64,000 bases of DNA from a virus. The position numbers were made by a program, and so were the translations under genes. Below the pieces are notes generated by a model, which saw nothing but the letters and a program-made list of their open reading frames with translations, was not told the DNA's origin and did not search any database. The stretch lies in IMG/VR virus record IMGVR_UViG_3300043548_000582, positions 25,235 through 89,234 of that record. The stretch is one strand, 5' to 3'. Shown piece after piece: positions 49,781-59,846 of the stretch. Position 1 is the stretch's first letter. Every line of letters starts with the position of its first letter.

Positions 49781-51544
49781 ATGGATGATATTGTATCAGA
49801 TTTGATTATTTTAATGAAGAAAAGCACGGATCTTTTAGAGGATATGGCATCCAAAAAAGATCCAGCTAATGCTTTGGCAAATAAAAATATATCAAACGCT
49901 AGTCAAAGCGCAACCTTTGGAAACAAGGAAACTGGTGATTTAAATCAGAACGAAACAAAAAAGGTTAATAAAATAGCCTCTATTTTTATAACTAAATTTT
50001 TCGAACAGCAGGATCTTAGAAAAAAAGATACATTCGAAAAGACAACTCTAGCTCAAAAATCATCTGGTTCAGATAAAACAGGAACCGCAGCTAAAATCCA
50101 ACAGCAAATCACTCCTGATAAACCTTCCGGTGGATTGTTGGACACCTTATTAGGAATGCTTGGTTTATCTGGCTTGTTTAAAAAACTGAAAATCGACACC
50201 ATTCTAAAGTCTATCAAAAAAGTGATAGGCAAAGTCACAAATGCTATAAAAACTGTAGCTAGTAAGGTTTGGGGAGCATTGAAAAAGGTTGTATCATCGA
50301 TTGGAAACTTTTTCAAAAATGCATTTTCAAAATTGAAAAATTCCAAGATATGGAATTCATTCAAAAACGCTCTGAGTAAAGGCAAGGATATAGTTAAAAA
50401 GCTTTTAACATCCGCCAAAAACATGATTTTGAAAACCTTGGAATCTGTTGGTAAATTTTTCAAAAATATACTATCCAAAATTCCCGGTATATCAAAGCTT
50501 TTCCCTGCTCTAGCAACTCCAAAAACAGTGCCTAAAGTCGCTGCACCGACAACTCCAAAATCTGCACCACCTAAATCCGGTGGATTTTTCAATTTCATAA
50601 AATCCACAGCATCAAAGGTAGCTTCTGGAGTAAAAAGCACAGCTAATGTAGTTGCAACAGGCGCTACAAAGTTAGGAAAAGCTACAGTTTCTGGATTGAC
50701 AAGTGCTGGAAAAGCGGTTGCATCAGGCGCTAAAGCAGTTGCCTCATTTGCAGTTGGACCAGCTAAAAAAGCAATATCAAGCGCAGTATCAGGAGCCGTG
50801 AAATCCGCTGGTGGCGTTGCTAAATTTTTGAAGGTTTTGAAGGGCGTCCCATTGCTCGGCGGTATAATAGAAAGTGTTCTGTCGTATAATGATATTCAGA
50901 ATTTAAAAGCTGATTATGAAGCTGGTAAAATATCAATCGATGATCTCCAACAAAAAGCTGGAAAACGAGGTATACAGGGCGTGACAGCCCTTATAGGAAC
51001 AACTGCTGGGGGAGCATTGGGAGCCGCACTTGGATCAGTTGTACCTGTCGCTGGTAATTTGATAGGTGGTCTTCTTGGTTCTGTTGTTGGAGATAAAGCG
51101 GGTAGAATTTTGGGTGAGATTATTGTAGATAATGTAATTCCTGAAAAGTATACAAAATCGGTTGGTGCATTCTTCACGAATACAACACCTCCAAAAGAGG
51201 AAATGCAGGACTTTATTATAAGAGGCAGAAATGTGTACCCATTCAGCAGTAGAGATGATGTCATGGGAATGAAGAGTGATGGCGCTATTGCGAAGTTTTT
51301 AGGATCATCTGGTAGCAATAAAGGAACATTTATGTTAGCTCAAATAATGAAAATGTCTAACAGATATCTAAGAGCTATTGAAATAAACACCAGAAATCTT
51401 TCAAATCCATCATCATCTCCGTCACAGCAAGTCGTATCCAATAACAATGTTAGTGTAATGTCTCCCGTGAAAGATCAAGGATCTCAAACAGCAGCATTCG
51501 GTAATAATAGAATGGGATATGCCGACAGTGTATACACGTTCTGA
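49781..51544 (+). CDS. tape measure / gp29-like hub protein
   Basis: amphipathic K/A/G repeats, GALGAALGSVVPVAG, MQDFI. Confidence 0.7.
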   Translation: MDDIVSDLIILMKKSTDLLEDMASKKDPANALANKNISNASQSATFGNKETGDLNQNETKKVNKIASIFITKFFEQQDLRKKDTFEKTTLAQKSSGSDKTGTAAKIQQQITPDKPSGGLLDTLLGMLGLSGLFKKLKIDTILKSIKKVIGKVTNAIKTVASKVWGALKKVVSSIGNFFKNAFSKLKNSKIWNSFKNALSKGKDIVKKLLTSAKNMILKTLESVGKFFKNILSKIPGISKLFPALATPKTVPKVAAPTTPKSAPPKSGGFFNFIKSTASKVASGVKSTANVVATGATKLGKATVSGLTSAGKAVASGAKAVASFAVGPAKKAISSAVSGAVKSAGGVAKFLKVLKGVPLLGGIIESVLSYNDIQNLKADYEAGKISIDDLQQKAGKRGIQGVTALIGTTAGGALGAALGSVVPVAGNLIGGLLGSVVGDKAGRILGEIIVDNVIPEKYTKSVGAFFTNTTPPKEEMQDFIIRGRNVYPFSSRDDVMGMKSDGAIAKFLGSSGSNKGTFMLAQIMKMSNRYLRAIEINTRNLSNPSSSPSQQVVSNNNVSVMSPVKDQGSQTAAFGNNRMGYADSVYTF

Positions 51545-51558
51545 CGTTAAATAATAGT

Positions 51559-52431
51559 GTGGCTAAGTACAATATAATAAAAGACTATGATTGGACTACA
51601 ATACCTAGAGGCGCTCCCTTACGTAGCAAGGCTCCTAGAGTATTGGTCAAATCGTATAAGTTGAAATCAAACGCTCTTTTAAACAGATTAAAAAATTACA
51701 TACAGGTAGGTACGGCAGCATCATCGAAAGAATTCTACGAAAAAATGTATGGTGAAGCCACAGAACAAGAAGATTCATTTAACTTTCCATATTTTGACAG
51801 TGCATTGAGAACCGTAGGAAACTCGTTTGATGATACATTCAGAGGTAGTGATAGATTAAATGGGGTTATGCAAGAGTTGGAGGGAATTGCTGATAAGGCT
51901 GCTGGAGCCTTTAGATTTGGTAGAGATGTCTATAATGAATCTTCTACAGCTAATTTAGCAAAGCAAGCGTTTAGTTTTAGTGCAAGTTTTAACAACCGTG
52001 ATGCTAAAGGAATGGGTTCTGCTATCAATGCTGCAATAGGTGATGCTGGAGGTGCTGCTGGATCATATATAGAAAAACCAAAGTTCTATGATTATTCAAG
52101 CGCTACTGAAGGACCATTAACAGTTAATTTTAAACTGGCAAACACAATCAATTCTGATTTTATGAAAAATTATGAATTGGTTAAAAAACTGGTTGAGATA
52201 AACAAACCAAAGAGAAATGATGCCATTTCCTTAGATCCTCCTAGAATATACAGAGTTAAAATGTTTGGGTATAGATATATGCCATGGGCGTATGTTGATA
52301 ATTTGGCAATTTCCATGGAAGGAACCAAACGCATGATAGATGGTGTTATCATACCGGAAGCTTATAATGTAAGCTTATCATTCAAACCATTAACAATCGA
52401 AGTTTCAAACTTCTTAGACGAGGTAAAATAA
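51559..52431 (+). CDS. baseplate tail-tube cap (gp48-like)
   Basis: YIEKPKFY, V.F.L.NT, PPRIYRV, IPEAY.V.LSF. Confidence 0.5.
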   Translation: MAKYNIIKDYDWTTIPRGAPLRSKAPRVLVKSYKLKSNALLNRLKNYIQVGTAASSKEFYEKMYGEATEQEDSFNFPYFDSALRTVGNSFDDTFRGSDRLNGVMQELEGIADKAAGAFRFGRDVYNESSTANLAKQAFSFSASFNNRDAKGMGSAINAAIGDAGGAAGSYIEKPKFYDYSSATEGPLTVNFKLANTINSDFMKNYELVKKLVEINKPKRNDAISLDPPRIYRVKMFGYRYMPWAYVDNLAISMEGTKRMIDGVIIPEAYNVSLSFKPLTIEVSNFLDEVK

Positions 52432-52434
52432 TAT

Positions 52435-52833
52435 ATGATTGATGTAGGCGAATATAGAAACCAAATACCATCTTTGAGTGCTCTCGATATCACGGATTAC
52501 GAGCGTATATTCAAAGTGTTTAAACTGTCTTTGGATGATAAGGAGTTTTATACATATAATACCCTCAAGAAAATAGAGTTCCCAACCCTAGACAGTCAAT
52601 ACATAGAATACTACGAGGTCTCATCAAGAACAGCGCTGACAACAATTTCATATAAAATATACGAAGATATTAAAAGTTGGTGGATATTATACTTATTAAA
52701 CAAGGATAAATTTAGCGGAGCACCATTTTACGTTGAAGGCGGTACACAGTTAGCATACATAAAGCCATCCATTCGCGGATTGCTTTATATAGACATAACA
52801 AACGCGACAATATTCGGAGGAAGACATTTTTAA
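52435..52833 (+). CDS. 53: baseplate wedge gp53-like (LysM-like)
   Basis: TTISYKIY....WWILYLLN. Confidence 0.75.
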   Translation: MIDVGEYRNQIPSLSALDITDYERIFKVFKLSLDDKEFYTYNTLKKIEFPTLDSQYIEYYEVSSRTALTTISYKIYEDIKSWWILYLLNKDKFSGAPFYVEGGTQLAYIKPSIRGLLYIDITNATIFGGRHF

Positions 52834-54149
52834 TGGCTCAGGTATATAAAATAAATGATGTAGAGTATGAATGTGAATTCAAGCTTACCAATGCGGATAA
52901 GCAGGAGATTGAATTCACAAAGTCTGCTATTCGTGGAATGACAATCATTTGCAATATATTCGAACCGTTTGAAAGCGGAACCATATCAATCGCAAACCCA
53001 TACGATTTCATAGAAAACGAATTCCTTCTTCGTGGAGACGGTAGAGATGAAATCAAAATAATGTTTCGTGCCAAAGATCAACCAGAGATTAAAAAATACG
53101 AAAACACGTTTATTATAACTGAAGACCAGAATGCTGGTGATCCAAATACAAGAGCTGAAAATATCAAAATCTATAACTTGGTAGATAAAAAAATATTACC
53201 ATTTCTAGAAGAAATTCCATATGGAAAGGTATTTTCTGGAAAGATTGGAGACATCATAAAAGATATTTTCAAAGAATTATTGGGAGAAGATCTGGTAAAC
53301 GAAGATGAGTGGGAATCCGGTGATTTTGATATAGTTTACTCCCCAAATGTTTCTTGGAGATACATAGATTTTATAAACGAAATGTTGCATTATTTTTATG
53401 CAAAAGACGGGGATTTGCATGTCAAGGCATTCTTGAACTACAATCCTGAAATTGGTAAATTTGAATTTCCCCTTGTTTCAAACATATTCAAGGACAACAA
53501 AAAACACCTGTTGGAAGCTTTCGCTCTTGGGGATTTAACAAATAAATTTGAAACTGAAAACGAAAACAACCCACCGCCAGATGCAGAAACTGGAGAATAC
53601 ATAAGCGGTAATAGAAATTTCGCATGCTCTACACCAGCGCATGATGTCAACAATAACTTCTTTATAAGCAGACTCGTTCATGGATATGATAGCATATTGG
53701 GTGAGATGCTCATCAAAAAGATCGATATCAAGGACATCAAAGATAAGTGGACTAAGAAGTTTGTCGATGTATTCAGTTCAATAGGGGGCAAACCGAAACC
53801 TTTCATTGTTTTAAACAATACAGCCCCTAAAAAATTCAAACACTTCAAATTACCATATCCACTTGAAAACAACATCGGAATAGTCGAATCTGAATTAAAT
53901 ATGAGTTTGATATTCTATAACCTACAGGTGTATTTTTCAAATATCGGAGATACCTTTAGAAAAGCGGGTAAGTTTATAGATATATACAAAACCAAAAAGC
54001 AAAAACTGAAAAGCGATGAAAAACTTTTGGGTAGATGGCTCATAACTGAAGTCAGACATATATTCGTTGTTGATACATATTTCAACGAATTGTACTGCAC
54101 GAAGACTTATGTTGGAACAACAAGCAAAATTGACGATAACGTAGACTAA
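52833..54149 (+). CDS. baseplate hub gp27-like
   Basis: IFEPF.SG.I, GDT.RKAGKFI, LGRWLITEVRHIF. Confidence 0.7.
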   Translation: MAQVYKINDVEYECEFKLTNADKQEIEFTKSAIRGMTIICNIFEPFESGTISIANPYDFIENEFLLRGDGRDEIKIMFRAKDQPEIKKYENTFIITEDQNAGDPNTRAENIKIYNLVDKKILPFLEEIPYGKVFSGKIGDIIKDIFKELLGEDLVNEDEWESGDFDIVYSPNVSWRYIDFINEMLHYFYAKDGDLHVKAFLNYNPEIGKFEFPLVSNIFKDNKKHLLEAFALGDLTNKFETENENNPPPDAETGEYISGNRNFACSTPAHDVNNNFFISRLVHGYDSILGEMLIKKIDIKDIKDKWTKKFVDVFSSIGGKPKPFIVLNNTAPKKFKHFKLPYPLENNIGIVESELNMSLIFYNLQVYFSNIGDTFRKAGKFIDIYKTKKQKLKSDEKLLGRWLITEVRHIFVVDTYFNELYCTKTYVGTTSKIDDNVD

Positions 54150-54152
54150 TAT

Positions 54153-55001
54153 ATGAAATTCACACAACAACAAATAGATGAAGGAGTAAAAGATTTGGTG
54201 GCTGCATTACTTGGAATGGCTGCTAGTGGTGCTGGTATAAAGTATAGCATAGATCAGTTCAAGGCTAGTCAAGAGCCAATCGAAGTAAAAGTTCAAGCAG
54301 CGGAACAAGCTAAGAAAATATCGAAAAGTCCTGAGTTTGATAGAGCGATGACCGCCATTTTAAAACAATACAAGCCAGAGTACAAACCGAAGGAGGAAGC
54401 CCCTAAAAGGGAACCTGCGATATTGGTAAAGCCGAACAAAACATACGATTTATCAAACGAACCAAGCGTTGATGAATATTCTGCATATATTATTCCAAGT
54501 GAGATATACGGCGATGATTTGAGCGATCCTTCAAATAAAAAATTCCTAAGTCCATACAAAGACGATGTTGGTTTGTGGACAATAGGAATCGGCCATTTGA
54601 TCGGTAAAGGTTCGTATAATGATATGATCAAGTTCGTAGAGCAAAACGGACGTACCATCACAATACGCCAGCTTTTAAACATGTTTAATAAAGATGTGGA
54701 AAAACACATCAAGATAGCGAAAAATAAATTCGGAAAGCAATGGGATGATTTCAGTCCTGATTTAAAAAAGGCTCTTGTTGATATAAGTTTTAGAGGGGAC
54801 TTATTAAAGCCCAACAGCAGAGATGATTTTAATTTCGTTAAACAGATTAAACTGGGAGATTTCAAAAAAGCAGCCATCTCATATTTGGACCATACTGAAT
54901 ACAAAGCCCGGAAATCCAAAGGTGGGGCTGATGGAGTCGTGAAGAGAATGAATAGAAATGCTAGATACATAGCTGATGAAAAGCCGAATACGTTCGATTG
55001 A
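54153..55001 (+). CDS. GH24 (T4-type) lysozyme with N-terminal extension
   Basis: PYKDDVGLWTIGIGHLI, ALVDISF, V.KRM.RN; N-terminal MKFTQQQIDEG plus hydrophobic segment. Confidence 0.8.
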   Translation: MKFTQQQIDEGVKDLVAALLGMAASGAGIKYSIDQFKASQEPIEVKVQAAEQAKKISKSPEFDRAMTAILKQYKPEYKPKEEAPKREPAILVKPNKTYDLSNEPSVDEYSAYIIPSEIYGDDLSDPSNKKFLSPYKDDVGLWTIGIGHLIGKGSYNDMIKFVEQNGRTITIRQLLNMFNKDVEKHIKIAKNKFGKQWDDFSPDLKKALVDISFRGDLLKPNSRDDFNFVKQIKLGDFKKAAISYLDHTEYKARKSKGGADGVVKRMNRNARYIADEKPNTFD

Positions 55002-55007
55002 TGCAAA

Positions 55008-55940
55008 ATGAGAAATAAAGTTGAAATATTAAGATCTATTGAATTTACAAAAGATGATTTGGATAAAATCATCAATTTGGACGATATTGTCCAATTTTCG
55101 GATAAAGAAAAAGAATTCATGGAAGAATTCAAAAAGGTGTATGAGCTGGGTCTTAACCAACTTGAACTTTTCATAAATAAACTGGATGAAGAAGGTGATG
55201 AACTTGATGAGTACAGCATACAGTATTATGTGTCTCAGTTATTGACAGGGCCATTTGGACAGTATGCAAGGAAATTAGGAGAAGGTAAAAAATATTTCAA
55301 AAAGAGTCCTATTATGATGGGTCTCAACGGAAACATTGAAACCACAACAGCAAATACAGCCATCATTCAAAACACAAAAGCTCCAACTGGAGTTAAAAAT
55401 GATGTTTACAATAAACTTCCATTATTCTTACAAAAACAAATAGCTGATTGTGTGTCGAAATCTGAAGAGATTTTCAGAAGTGGCATGGTGTCCACAGTTT
55501 TTATGGATAATACCTTGACAATTATTGATAAAAATCCACAACTGAGATATGATACAGAACCCAGTGGAGAATGGCAGAAAAAAGCCCACGGATCTTATTG
55601 TGTTCGTGATGTGGACTTCAGAAATGTTGCAACTGAAGTCAATCCAAAAATATTTGAAAAGGTTAAAGAATATCTGGAGGAGGAAGACTTCAGATTATAC
55701 GTTGACAAAAAGACATACAATCCTTTCGATCCTGAGAAAAATACATCGACAAGCGCGAATTATCAATTCAAGAGAATCCTTAATGAAGGTGACGAAGTTG
55801 AGGAAGAAGTTGACGTTGACATACTTGGTTCTATTAATGACACATTTGATCGCAGAGAAAGCGTGTTGAAGGTTGACAACGGTGATAAGAATGTTGAATA
55901 CAAACTCAACACAAACCAAGGACAACTTGGCATAAAGTGA
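55008..55940 (+). CDS. hypothetical protein
   Basis: 310-aa acidic ORF ending the tail operon. Confidence 0.7.
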   Translation: MRNKVEILRSIEFTKDDLDKIINLDDIVQFSDKEKEFMEEFKKVYELGLNQLELFINKLDEEGDELDEYSIQYYVSQLLTGPFGQYARKLGEGKKYFKKSPIMMGLNGNIETTTANTAIIQNTKAPTGVKNDVYNKLPLFLQKQIADCVSKSEEIFRSGMVSTVFMDNTLTIIDKNPQLRYDTEPSGEWQKKAHGSYCVRDVDFRNVATEVNPKIFEKVKEYLEEEDFRLYVDKKTYNPFDPEKNTSTSANYQFKRILNEGDEVEEEVDVDILGSINDTFDRRESVLKVDNGDKNVEYKLNTNQGQLGIK

Positions 55941-56429
55941 TCAGATGTCAATAACCGGAGTTTCCTTTTTGGATTTCTTAGGCTCTTCTTTTTGTTGAGT
56001 TATAAGCAGTTTGAATAATTCCTCGCGGCTCATTATAAGTTTTGTATTGTCACCGGCCTCTTGGATTTCCTTCTTACTTTGGATATCCATGGTTTTTATC
56101 TTGACGGCTGTTTCATTTTTCTTGTCTGCTATGCTTCTTTTTTGCAGGACTTCCAAATTGCCTTGGAACGATCTGGCAAGTTCTGAAAGAGCCAATACTT
56201 GGTCGGCGTCTCCTGTTTGACGAACCACTTCAGCTTGCTCCTTCAAAGCCTCTGAGAGGTCAATAACAGCCATTGAACCGTATTTCAGAACAAACGCATC
56301 CACATCATCCGCTGATAATTCAGGGTAATCTTTTTCAATGCTCTTCAAACTTTTCCCTTGATTTTTTATTTGGTCGATGATAGAATCAGCCACCTTGTCA
56401 AGGGAATTATCATCATAGTAATCATCCAT
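55941..56429 (-). CDS. 16: terminase small subunit (gp16-like)
   Basis: helical hairpin ..VVRQTGDADQVLALSEL.., LIMSREEL; start MDDYY 5 nt after TAAATA. Confidence 0.6.
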   Translation of the reverse strand: MDDYYDDNSLDKVADSIIDQIKNQGKSLKSIEKDYPELSADDVDAFVLKYGSMAVIDLSEALKEQAEVVRQTGDADQVLALSELARSFQGNLEVLQKRSIADKKNETAVKIKTMDIQSKKEIQEAGDNTKLIMSREELFKLLITQQKEEPKKSKKETPVIDI

Positions 56430-56455
56430 TACTATATTTAATGGAATAAATCCAA

Positions 56456-56483
56456 TTGACAATCCACAAGACCACTATATAAT
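56456..56483 (+). promoter_or_regulatory. consensus sigma70 early promoter
   Basis: TTGACA-N16-TATAAT, ATG 7 nt downstream. Confidence 0.85.
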
Positions 56484-56490
56484 ACAATAT

Positions 56491-57516
56491 ATGCTTAATT
56501 TAAATGATAAAACAATCCTAGTAACAGGAGGTAGAGGATTTATTGGTAGTAATTTTATAGAATATATTATAGAAAATTATGATAATGTATCTATAATAAA
56601 TGTTGATAAACTAGGGACTGGTTCTAGACAAATATATCCAGATGAGGACTCATATAATTATGAGTTCTTAAATATTAATAATTGTAAATATCAATTTATT
56701 AAAATTGATTTAGTTGATAAAAAAGAACTGGATTATGTTACAAATAAATACAAGTTTGATTACATATTCCATTTTGCTGCTGAATCTCATGTTGATAGAA
56801 GTATTGCTGATCCAACATATTTCATTAAAAATAATGTAGTTACAACTGCAAATCTGATGCAATCTATTTTGGAAAATCAAACACATAATCCAAGGATTGT
56901 TAATATCTCAACAGATGAAGTTTATGGTGATTTGGACTATGATGATGATCCATTCGATGAGGATTCACCCTTGAATCCAAGAAGCCCATATTCTTCATCC
57001 AAAGCGGCCAGTGATCTTGTATCCCTTTCATACTACCATACATTTGGCATGGATGTTGTTGTTACCAGATGCTGTAATAATTACGGAGAGCATCAATATG
57101 ATGAGAAGTTTATTCCCACAATCTTGAGAAAATTACTGAACAAAGAGAAAATTCCGGTTTATGGCAAGGGAAATAATGTCAGAGAATGGATTCATGTCAG
57201 GGATCATAATAAGTGTCTCTTGGAAGTTGCCGAAAGAGGAATGTCAGGAGAGGTTTACAACATCGGCAGCGGTTTCGAACTCTCGAATTTACAATTGATC
57301 GAAAAAATCCTTGACGAACTCTATGGGCGTGGTAAAGTCCCCCTGTCGAGTGTGATCGAACATGTCACAGACCGTAAGGGTCATGATCTCAGGTACGCCA
57401 TACACTCGAAAAAAATGAAATACAAAACCAAACTGGTGGATTTTGAAACTGGTTTGAAAGGAACAATTATACACTATAAAGAAAAATACTATCATGGGAC
57501 TCTTCGATTACATTAA
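56491..57516 (+). CDS. rmlB: dTDP-glucose 4,6-dehydratase
   Basis: VTGG.GFIGSNF, HFAAESHVDRSI, STDEVYG, PYSSSKA, RCCNNYG, REWIHV.DH, DRKGHDLRY. Confidence 0.95.
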   Translation: MLNLNDKTILVTGGRGFIGSNFIEYIIENYDNVSIINVDKLGTGSRQIYPDEDSYNYEFLNINNCKYQFIKIDLVDKKELDYVTNKYKFDYIFHFAAESHVDRSIADPTYFIKNNVVTTANLMQSILENQTHNPRIVNISTDEVYGDLDYDDDPFDEDSPLNPRSPYSSSKAASDLVSLSYYHTFGMDVVVTRCCNNYGEHQYDEKFIPTILRKLLNKEKIPVYGKGNNVREWIHVRDHNKCLLEVAERGMSGEVYNIGSGFELSNLQLIEKILDELYGRGKVPLSSVIEHVTDRKGHDLRYAIHSKKMKYKTKLVDFETGLKGTIIHYKEKYYHGTLRLH

Positions 57517-58144
57517 ATGTGAAATGCCTCTACCTGAATGGCCAGAGGATATGTCTGTGGGAACGTTTCAGACAAAAAGCCTACCAGCAATGTGTATGGC
57601 TACATACAAGATTGCCGCTGATGGTTATCTATATCTGAAGATGGAAGAATCAGAGTGGATTAATGATCCCAATGACATCCTTGGGGGTTATTTCAAATAT
57701 GGTAAAGCGGAATGGTGTCGGTGTGATGAATTCACAGGTGTGATTACATTCTATGAATATTTTCAACATCGTAATTATACAACGGATAGATCTAATTATT
57801 TTGAAATTGGGCATATCGACTACCAAGCTAAAATTGTAAACGGTAAAGTTGAGGCTATTGTTTGCTCCGAGAATGTTGAACCAAAAGAGCTTTCAGAAGA
57901 AGAGCTAGCAAAGAAGCTAGCTGAGAGTGCTGAACGTGTGAAAGAGTATCGGCAACGTAATATTAAATACCGTAAAGAAAATCCATCACCAACTCAAAAG
58001 TTGATAGATGACATTGACAATCTGATCAAGAATAAACCAGCTATTGCCGATCAGTCGGATTACATTCAAATTATTAACAATATTCAAAAGCTCGTCGCTG
58101 GTTGGCGGGAAACAAATGATCCATGGTATGAAAAAGAAGTATAA
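57494..58144 (+). CDS. hypothetical protein (MGLFDYI family)
   Basis: MGLFDYIKC..FQTKSL..Y.I..DG.L. Confidence 0.75.
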   Translation: MGLFDYIKCEMPLPEWPEDMSVGTFQTKSLPAMCMATYKIAADGYLYLKMEESEWINDPNDILGGYFKYGKAEWCRCDEFTGVITFYEYFQHRNYTTDRSNYFEIGHIDYQAKIVNGKVEAIVCSENVEPKELSEEELAKKLAESAERVKEYRQRNIKYRKENPSPTQKLIDDIDNLIKNKPAIADQSDYIQIINNIQKLVAGWRETNDPWYEKEV

Positions 58145-58244
58145 ATTTAGAGGTAAGGTTTTTGTTTGTGATGAGCATACAATCAGATATTTAAACTATG
58201 CACTAGCACTGAATTCTTCAAAAGAAAGGTATATAGAGGTTTAA
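58128..58244 (+). CDS. small hypothetical protein
   Basis: MKKKYKFRG..; fills gap between neighbours. Confidence 0.4.
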   Translation: MKKKYKFRGKVFVCDEHTIRYLNYALALNSSKERYIEV

Positions 58245-58245
58245 T

Positions 58246-58542
58246 ATGGCAACGAGAAACGATATAACGGGCGATGAAATAAAGTCCAAAGCACTGTCTG
58301 AAAAAGGTAGAGCAAATTGGGATAATATTTTCAAAAAGCAATCAGCATGGGATTGGCTCAAAGAACTTGATTATGGTAAGTATACCATTCTCGATCCTGA
58401 TGGATGGCGACAAAATGATGGCGTGACAATGGATACACCAATTACCAAGAGTGATTTTCATAATAGATTCAGTCAATCTACTGTAATGTGTCATTTTATT
58501 CCTGAAGAAGACTTATCTATTTTAAAAAATGAAAACGAATAA
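58246..58542 (+). CDS. hypothetical protein
   Basis: RNDITGD.I.SK + ILDPDGW modules. Confidence 0.7.
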   Translation: MATRNDITGDEIKSKALSEKGRANWDNIFKKQSAWDWLKELDYGKYTILDPDGWRQNDGVTMDTPITKSDFHNRFSQSTVMCHFIPEEDLSILKNENE

Positions 58543-58942
58543 CTTTAAACTCTTCTTGGATGATATCCGATTTCCTAAAGATGCATGGATTTATTCTGAA
58601 AGAGTGAAACTTTTGGATAAGAGCAACACCCACAATTGTGAGTGGGAGGTCGTGAGAAATTATAATGATTTCTGTGAATTCATCAACAAGTATGGTATTC
58701 CAGAAGTTGTCAGTTTTGATCACGATTTGTGTCAGGAACACATGGAGCATTATTTCAATGTCACTTCAAAAATCGGTGTGATTGAATATGGAAATCTGAA
58801 AACTCCGACTGGCAAGCACTGTGCTGAATTCTTTGTTGACAAATGGAAAGAAGCTGGTAAACCAAAGGTATACGTTTTCGTTCACAGCGCCAATCGCTGG
58901 GGACAGACAGAAATTAAGAGTGTATTAAAGGAACTACTTTAA
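58529..58942 (+). CDS. cyclic-phosphate-processing receiver (cREC) domain protein
   Basis: LFLDD.R, VSFDHDL, TG..CA, VHSAN..G. Confidence 0.8.
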   Translation: MKTNNFKLFLDDIRFPKDAWIYSERVKLLDKSNTHNCEWEVVRNYNDFCEFINKYGIPEVVSFDHDLCQEHMEHYFNVTSKIGVIEYGNLKTPTGKHCAEFFVDKWKEAGKPKVYVFVHSANRWGQTEIKSVLKELL

Positions 58943-58951
58943 AATAAATTT

Positions 58952-59485
58952 ATGATAAACCGAATATTTTTTGACATCGACGAGACTCTCATTCATACAA
59001 CCTTGAGAGATCCGAATCAAGAGCATATTGTTCTTGCTTTGGATGATTGTATGTATTACACTATTGTCAGACCGTGTGCTAAGGCTCTTATCGATTTTGC
59101 CAGAGATCTCGTAGGAGCAGATCGTGTTCATATTCTAACTACAGCAACAAAAGATTATTCACAAGAAGTGAATCGTTTAGCTGGTTGGGGATTCAAGAAT
59201 GAAGATATCTTCGCCAGAGAAGATATGGCCAGCCATTTCCGATCATTCCCTTCTGCATATGGTGGCTACCACACAGAGTGTGATCCTCATATCTATGCTC
59301 ATAAGGATAATGTTATTATTGATAATCTTCGTCCAAGAGATAACGAACGGAAGATCGCTTTCATTGGAATCAATAGTACTTATGAAACAAACTATCTGAA
59401 AATCGATGACTATTATGGTGTGGAATTCAAGGATTCCACCTTCGAACAAGACGTAAAGAATTTCCTACTAGAAAGAAACAAATAA
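58952..59485 (+). CDS. HAD-superfamily (FCP1/NIF-like) phosphatase
   Basis: FFDIDETLIH, RP, ILTTA..DY, IIDN. Confidence 0.8.
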   Translation: MINRIFFDIDETLIHTTLRDPNQEHIVLALDDCMYYTIVRPCAKALIDFARDLVGADRVHILTTATKDYSQEVNRLAGWGFKNEDIFAREDMASHFRSFPSAYGGYHTECDPHIYAHKDNVIIDNLRPRDNERKIAFIGINSTYETNYLKIDDYYGVEFKDSTFEQDVKNFLLERNK

Positions 59486-59486
59486 T

Positions 59487-59846
59487 ATGACACTTAATTT
59501 AACCGTATTTTTCACAGTTCTAAACACTTTAAAAATCGATCACTGGCAAACCACAAGCCATGCCGAGCATGCTGCATTGGGAACAGCATATGAAAAATTG
59601 GATGAGTTGTTTGATACATTTATTGAATATTTTTATGGATCGAGAGGACTCCCAACGAATCCAACTGCATATAAAGTCTCATTATCATCCTATTCAGGGG
59701 ATTTGATTTCATCTTACTCGAAATTGAAATTTGAAGTGGTTAGCTACTTGCAGTCGATTTCAGAAAATTATGGAGATTTGAAAAACTTATGTGATGAAAT
59801 CGAGGGCGAATTTAGTCATTTGCTCTATAAACTAAATCAGAAGTGA
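59487..59846 (+). CDS. ferritin/Dps-like four-helix protein
   Basis: HWQT.S.AEH.ALG..YE.L..L.D.FIE...G, LYKL. Confidence 0.7.
   Translation: MTLNLTVFFTVLNTLKIDHWQTTSHAEHAALGTAYEKLDELFDTFIEYFYGSRGLPTNPTAYKVSLSSYSGDLISSYSKLKFEVVSYLQSISENYGDLKNLCDEIEGEFSHLLYKLNQK

Noticed and set aside
50053-51318. 195-aa and 134-aa minus-strand ORFs
   Set aside because: Shadows of the tape-measure-like gene.
54293-55219. 308-aa minus-strand ORF
   Set aside because: Antisense shadow of the lysozyme and next gene; Ser/Leu/Phe-rich with no motifs.
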